64,000 bases of DNA from the human T2T-CHM13v2.0 reference genome, Homo sapiens. The translations under genes were made by a program, and so were the position numbers. The DNA lies in the NCBI RefSeq assembly GCF_009914755.1, contig NC_060929.1; one strand, written 5' to 3'. This document shows positions 59,552 to 64,000 of this stretch, piece after piece. Each line of letters begins with the position of its first letter. Position 1 is the first letter of the stretch. The notes beneath the pieces were generated by a model, which had not been told where the DNA came from, made no database searches, and saw nothing but the letters and a program-made list of their open reading frames with translations.

Positions 59552-59925
59552 TGATATGGTTTGACTCTATGTAACCCCCAACATCTTATCCTGAATTGTA
59601 ATAATCTCCATGTGTTGTGGGAGGGACCTGATGGGAGGTAATTGAATCATGGGGGTGGGTCTTTCCTGTGCCATTCTAGTGATAGTGAATAAGTCTCACA
59701 AGATCTGATGGTTTTATAAGGGGAGTTCCTCTACACAACAAGAGAGGCAAGTTCCTGTCTTGCCTGCCACCATGTAAGATGTGACTTTGCACCTCATTTT
59801 CCTTCCACCATGATTGTGAGGCCTCCCCAGCCATGTGGAACTGTGAGTCAATTAAACCTCTTTCTTTTATAAATTACCCATTCATGAGTATGTCATTATT
59901 AGCAGCAAGGGAACAGACTAATACA
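59552..59925 (+). mobile_element. THE1B-like solo LTR (ERVL-MaLR)
   Basis: TGATATGGTTTG...AACAGACTAATACA; ATTAAA poly(A) signal; perfect 5-bp TSD CCTGG at 59547-59551 and 59926-59930. Confidence 0.95.
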
Positions 59926-60469
59926 CCTGGGTATTGGAGAAAGCTTCATTTCTCTCTCTTTCTCCTGAAAGAGACTTATTAGGGTTCCATACCTTCTGCT
60001 CACCTGAAGACCCATACTAAGTCCTAAGATTAATCTGCCTCCATTTTGTAGGGTAGTATGCCAAGATGCTGGAATGATGAGTGCAAGCTCCATTACTCTC
60101 CCTCCCTCCTGATGAAACAGTATCAGGGTTGCATACCTTCTTTCAATCCTGCAAAATTGAGTCATCTGCTGAGGTCTTTGCTGGATGTTGAGGTCTGCAT
60201 GCCCACTCTGGAAATGTACTGGTTCCAACTGTGGTGGTATGTGGAACACCAGCTGTCAAAGTCCATGGGTTGTCTGGCTACTGGGGTCTCCACATGCTGG
60301 TCAGCTGGCCCAACAGGCCACAGACAGATTAGCTGATATAGTTGTGCAGATTCCCTCAGTGTTCTGGGTGAGGTAAGAGGCAGCCTTCTTGGCAACATCT
60401 CAAAAGGATAGGGAAGCTGAATGCTCACTTTGTTCTCTCTTTCCCCTATGGGAGAAATCAAAGATAAGT

Positions 60470-62738
60470 GTACAGTCACCTATGAAGAAAATCCCATCAT
60501 ACTAACAGCGGAATTTTCAGCAGAAACTTTACAGGCCAAAAGATAATGGGATAGCATTTCAAAAAGCTGAAAGAAAAAAACTGTCAATCAAGAATTTTAT
60601 AACCTGCCAGAATGGTCTTTTTAAATGAAGGAGAAATCAATTCTTTCCCAGGTAAGTAAACACTGAGGGAATTTGTCACCATTAGACCAGTCCTACATGA
60701 AATGCTCAAAAGAGTTTTAACATGGAAATAAATGATAAGTTGATATTCACTATTATGAAAACACATGGAAATATAAAACTAACAGTTCTTATAAAACAAT
60801 CACACAATGGAGTAGGAGTAAGAGAAAGCAATCAAATGGCAACATGACAGAATTTCATGAAATTATGAAGACAAAAAGATAAAGAAAGAAACAAAGAAGT
60901 TATTTTAAAAATTGGAAACAACAATATGATAGGAACAAACCTTCACATATCAATATTAACCTTGAATGTAAATAGATGACATACTCCAACATAATAAAGG
61001 TCATATATGACAAACCCATAGGCAGCATCATGTTTATCAGGGGAAAGTTAAAAGCATTTCTAAGCACTGAAGAAAGACAAAGATGCCTACTTTCACTGCT
61101 CTTATTCAACATAGTCTGCAAGTTTTTGCCAGAGCAATCAGACCAGGGGGAAAAAAATTCAACTTGGAAAGGAGGAAGTCAAATTATCCCGGTTTGTTGA
61201 TGCACTAATCTTCTATCTAGAAAACCCTAAAGACTCCACCAAAAAAACTCTTAGATTTGGTAAATGAATTCAGTAAAGTTTCAGGATGCAAAATTAATGT
61301 ACAGAAGTCAGTAAAATTTCTCTAAACCAATAATGATCTAGTTGAGGACCAAATGAAGAACTCAATTTCATTTACAATAGCTACAAAAAACCCTAACAAT
61401 ATATTTAACCAAAGAGGTAAGATATGTCTACAATGAGAAGTACAAAGTAGCAGAGATGACACAAACAAATGAAAAAACATTCTATACTCATGGGTTGGAA
61501 GAATCAATGTCATTTAAATGACCATACTATCCAAAGGAATTTACAGATTCAATTCAATCCCTATCAAATTACCAATGTAAATTTTCATAGAATTTTTAAA
61601 AATCCTAAAATTCACCTGGAACAAAGAACCCAAATAGTCAAAGCAATCCTAAGCAAAAAGAAGAAAGGAACAAAGCTGGATGTATCACATTTCCTAACTT
61701 CAAATTATTCTACAAGCTATAGTAACCAGAACAGCATGGTAGTGGTACAAAAATAGACACATGGACCAATTGAACAGAATAGAGAACCCACAAATAAAGC
61801 CACGTACCTAAAGCCAACTGATCTTCAATAAAGTTAACAAAAATATACACTGGGGAAAAAACACTGTATTCAATAATGGTGCTGGGGAAACTGAATAGAC
61901 ATATGCAAAAGAATGACACTGGACCCACTGCCTCTCACCACATACAAACATTAACTCAAGATGGATTAAAGTCCTACGCATAAGACCTGAAATTACAAAA
62001 ATCAAAGAAGAAAACTCAGGAAAAAGTCTTTTGGACATTGGCTAAGCAAAGAATTTATGACCAAGTCCTCAAAAGCAAACACAATGAAACAAAAACATAT
62101 GAGACTTAATTTAAAATGCTTCTGCACAGCAAAAGAAACAATCAATAGAGTAAACAGAGAGCCTACAGACTGGGGAAAAAATATTTGCAATCTATGTATC
62201 TGAAAATGGGCTAATACCCAGAATGTATAAGGAACTCAATTCAATCAGAAAAAAAGAACAAATAACCTCATTAAAAGTGGCAAAAGATATGAACATATAT
62301 TTTTCAAAAGAAGACATACAAGCAGCAAAAATATGAAAAAGTGTTTATTATCACTAGTCATTAAATAAATGCAAATCTAAACTGCAATTAGATGCCATCT
62401 TTTATCAGTTGGAATGGCTATCACCAAAAAGTCAAAATACCACAGATGTTGGTGAAGATGCAGAGAAAAGGGAATGTTTATACACTGTTGGTGGGAATGT
62501 AAGTTTGTACAGCCTTTATGAAAACCAGTATGGAGATTTCACAAAGAATTAAAAATAGAACTACCATTTGACCCAACAATCCCACTACTGGTTATCTACC
62601 GGTTATATAATGGAAAGAAACCATTATATCAAAAAGGTATCTGCACTCATATATTTATCACAGTACTATTCATAATATTAAAGATATTGAATCAGCCTAC
62701 GTGTCCATCAGTAGAGGATTGGTTAAAGGAAATGTGAG

Positions 62739-62785
<47 letters not shown>

Positions 62786-63121
62786 GGAATACTACTCGGC
62801 CATAAAAAATAAAATCTTGTCTTTTGCAGCAACATGGATGGAAATGAAGGCCATTATCCTAAGTGAAGTAACTCAGAAATAGTCAAATACTGCATGTTTT
62901 CACAAGTGAGAGCTAAACAATGGGTACACATGGCTATATGGAGTCGAAAAATAGACATGGAAGACAACAAAAGGTAGGGGTGAGGGTTCAACAATTGCCT
63001 ATTGGATATGACGCTATTTTGGTGTTGGGTACACCAAAAACACAGACTTCACCACTATGCAATATATGCATGTAAAGCATCTGCACTTATGCCCCCCAAA
63101 TATATTTTTTAAAAAAGAAAG
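60470..63121 (+). mobile_element. L1MA1/2-like element with a large internal ORF2 deletion
   Basis: ORF1 end and ORF2 start at 60470-60975, a jump to the RT region at about 60978, then the 3' UTR ...CAGACTTCACCACTATGCAATATATGCATG and an A-rich tail. Confidence 0.85.
62741..62783. repeat. (CA)n microsatellite, about 21 units
   Basis: Pure AC run inside the L1 3' region. Confidence 0.97.
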
Positions 63122-63504
63122 AAAGATGTTCTTTCATCTTCTGGCTTTTACAGTTTCTGATTGGAAGTCTGTCTGTAAACCTATCCTAAAGAGCACTCAC
63201 AACAGTTTGCTTAGGTAACTCTGTCAAGGTGAATTTCTAGACACAATAATTCTATAAAGTGTGTTGTTTCCCAAGACACTACTAAGTGTCCCACTCGGTG
63301 GAATTCTACAACATATGCATATTTATGCTCTCTTCTATAAAACTGTAACTTCTATAAGTGAAAGCTATAAGCCTTATTTATCTCTACAGGTAGTAAATAC
63401 CCAGTAAATACTATAACTTAATAAAGTTTTTGGACTCATTATGCTAAATAAGATATTTGGTTAGAACACCTTAAGTGCCTAAAATAGTATAGATGAGATA
63501 TTAA

Positions 63505-63700
63505 TCATAGATACTATTTCTGAGCACCTTATATGTGCCAGACACTGTAACAATCAAATGAGATATGTATTATCATCTTTGTTTTACAGATAAGAAAACA
63601 GAGACTGAAGACTTTATATAAATTGCCCAATCCACACAGCTGGGATGTAGCATAACCAGGATTCAGATTATCTAAGAAGACCTCATGATCTGAAAATCTT
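63505..63700 (-). mobile_element. MIR SINE
   Basis: TGAGCACCTTATATGTGCCAGACACTGT...TTTTACAGATAAGAAAACAGAGACT...TTGCCCAATCCACACAGCT. Confidence 0.85.
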
Positions 63701-63894
63701 TATAAATGTGCTTCCTCCTTGAGACAGATCATTAAAAGCAGTTATTATGTTTCTATAACACTATGTATCTTGTGTGTATTGCATATCATATCTGTTTAGG
63801 TGCAACTTTGCTTTTCTTTTAAACACTTTTAAGGCTTATCAGAAGCTGCTAGACTTCCTGAAAAATACCATTAAGACTTCCAGGTATTCCAGTA

Positions 63895-64000
63895 TATTTA
63901 AATTTCTTATAGTTGCAAGTGACAAAACCTCAACTCAACTAACTTAGGCCAATATGAGAAATTTATTGTCTAATATAAACATCTACAACAAATCCAAGTG
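63895..64000 (-). mobile_element. MLT1J/K-like LTR end (runs off the window)
   Basis: GTTGCAAGTGACAAAACCTCAACTCAACTAACTTAGGC...AATTTATTG. Confidence 0.65.

Overview
This is eukaryotic, AT-rich primate genomic DNA. AluY and L1PA2/3-type sequence point to a hominoid, probably human or great ape. Most of the window is interspersed repeats: about 14 LINE-1 pieces (one full-length but inactivated L1PA8-like copy and three 5'-inverted copies), 11 Alu/FLAM SINEs, two Tigger1 fossils, MER5/MER33 hAT elements, solo LTRs (THE1B, MLT1, LTR16, LTR33, MER67-like), and MIR/L2 relics. I found no credible host protein-coding exon, RNA gene or CRISPR array; the longer ORFs in the track nearly all lie in or run through repeats, and the few in unique DNA match no protein I recognise. 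The most interesting signals are insertion architectures: an AluY/L1 chimera inside one TSD (4429-4779), a tail-less young L1 ORF1 fragment dropped cleanly into an L2 (10164-10854), a 2.6-kb block of foreign DNA plus a one-ended Tigger1 inserted at a TA inside an old L1 (45054-47699), and an apparent L1-insertion-mediated deletion (30410-32497). A repeat-poor island at about 14.3-19.4 kb carries clustered RFX/STAT/ETS motifs and short dyads. I cannot support a genuinely new biological system from sequence alone. Subfamily names come from recalled consensus features rather than a RepeatMasker run, and boundaries of old elements are approximate.
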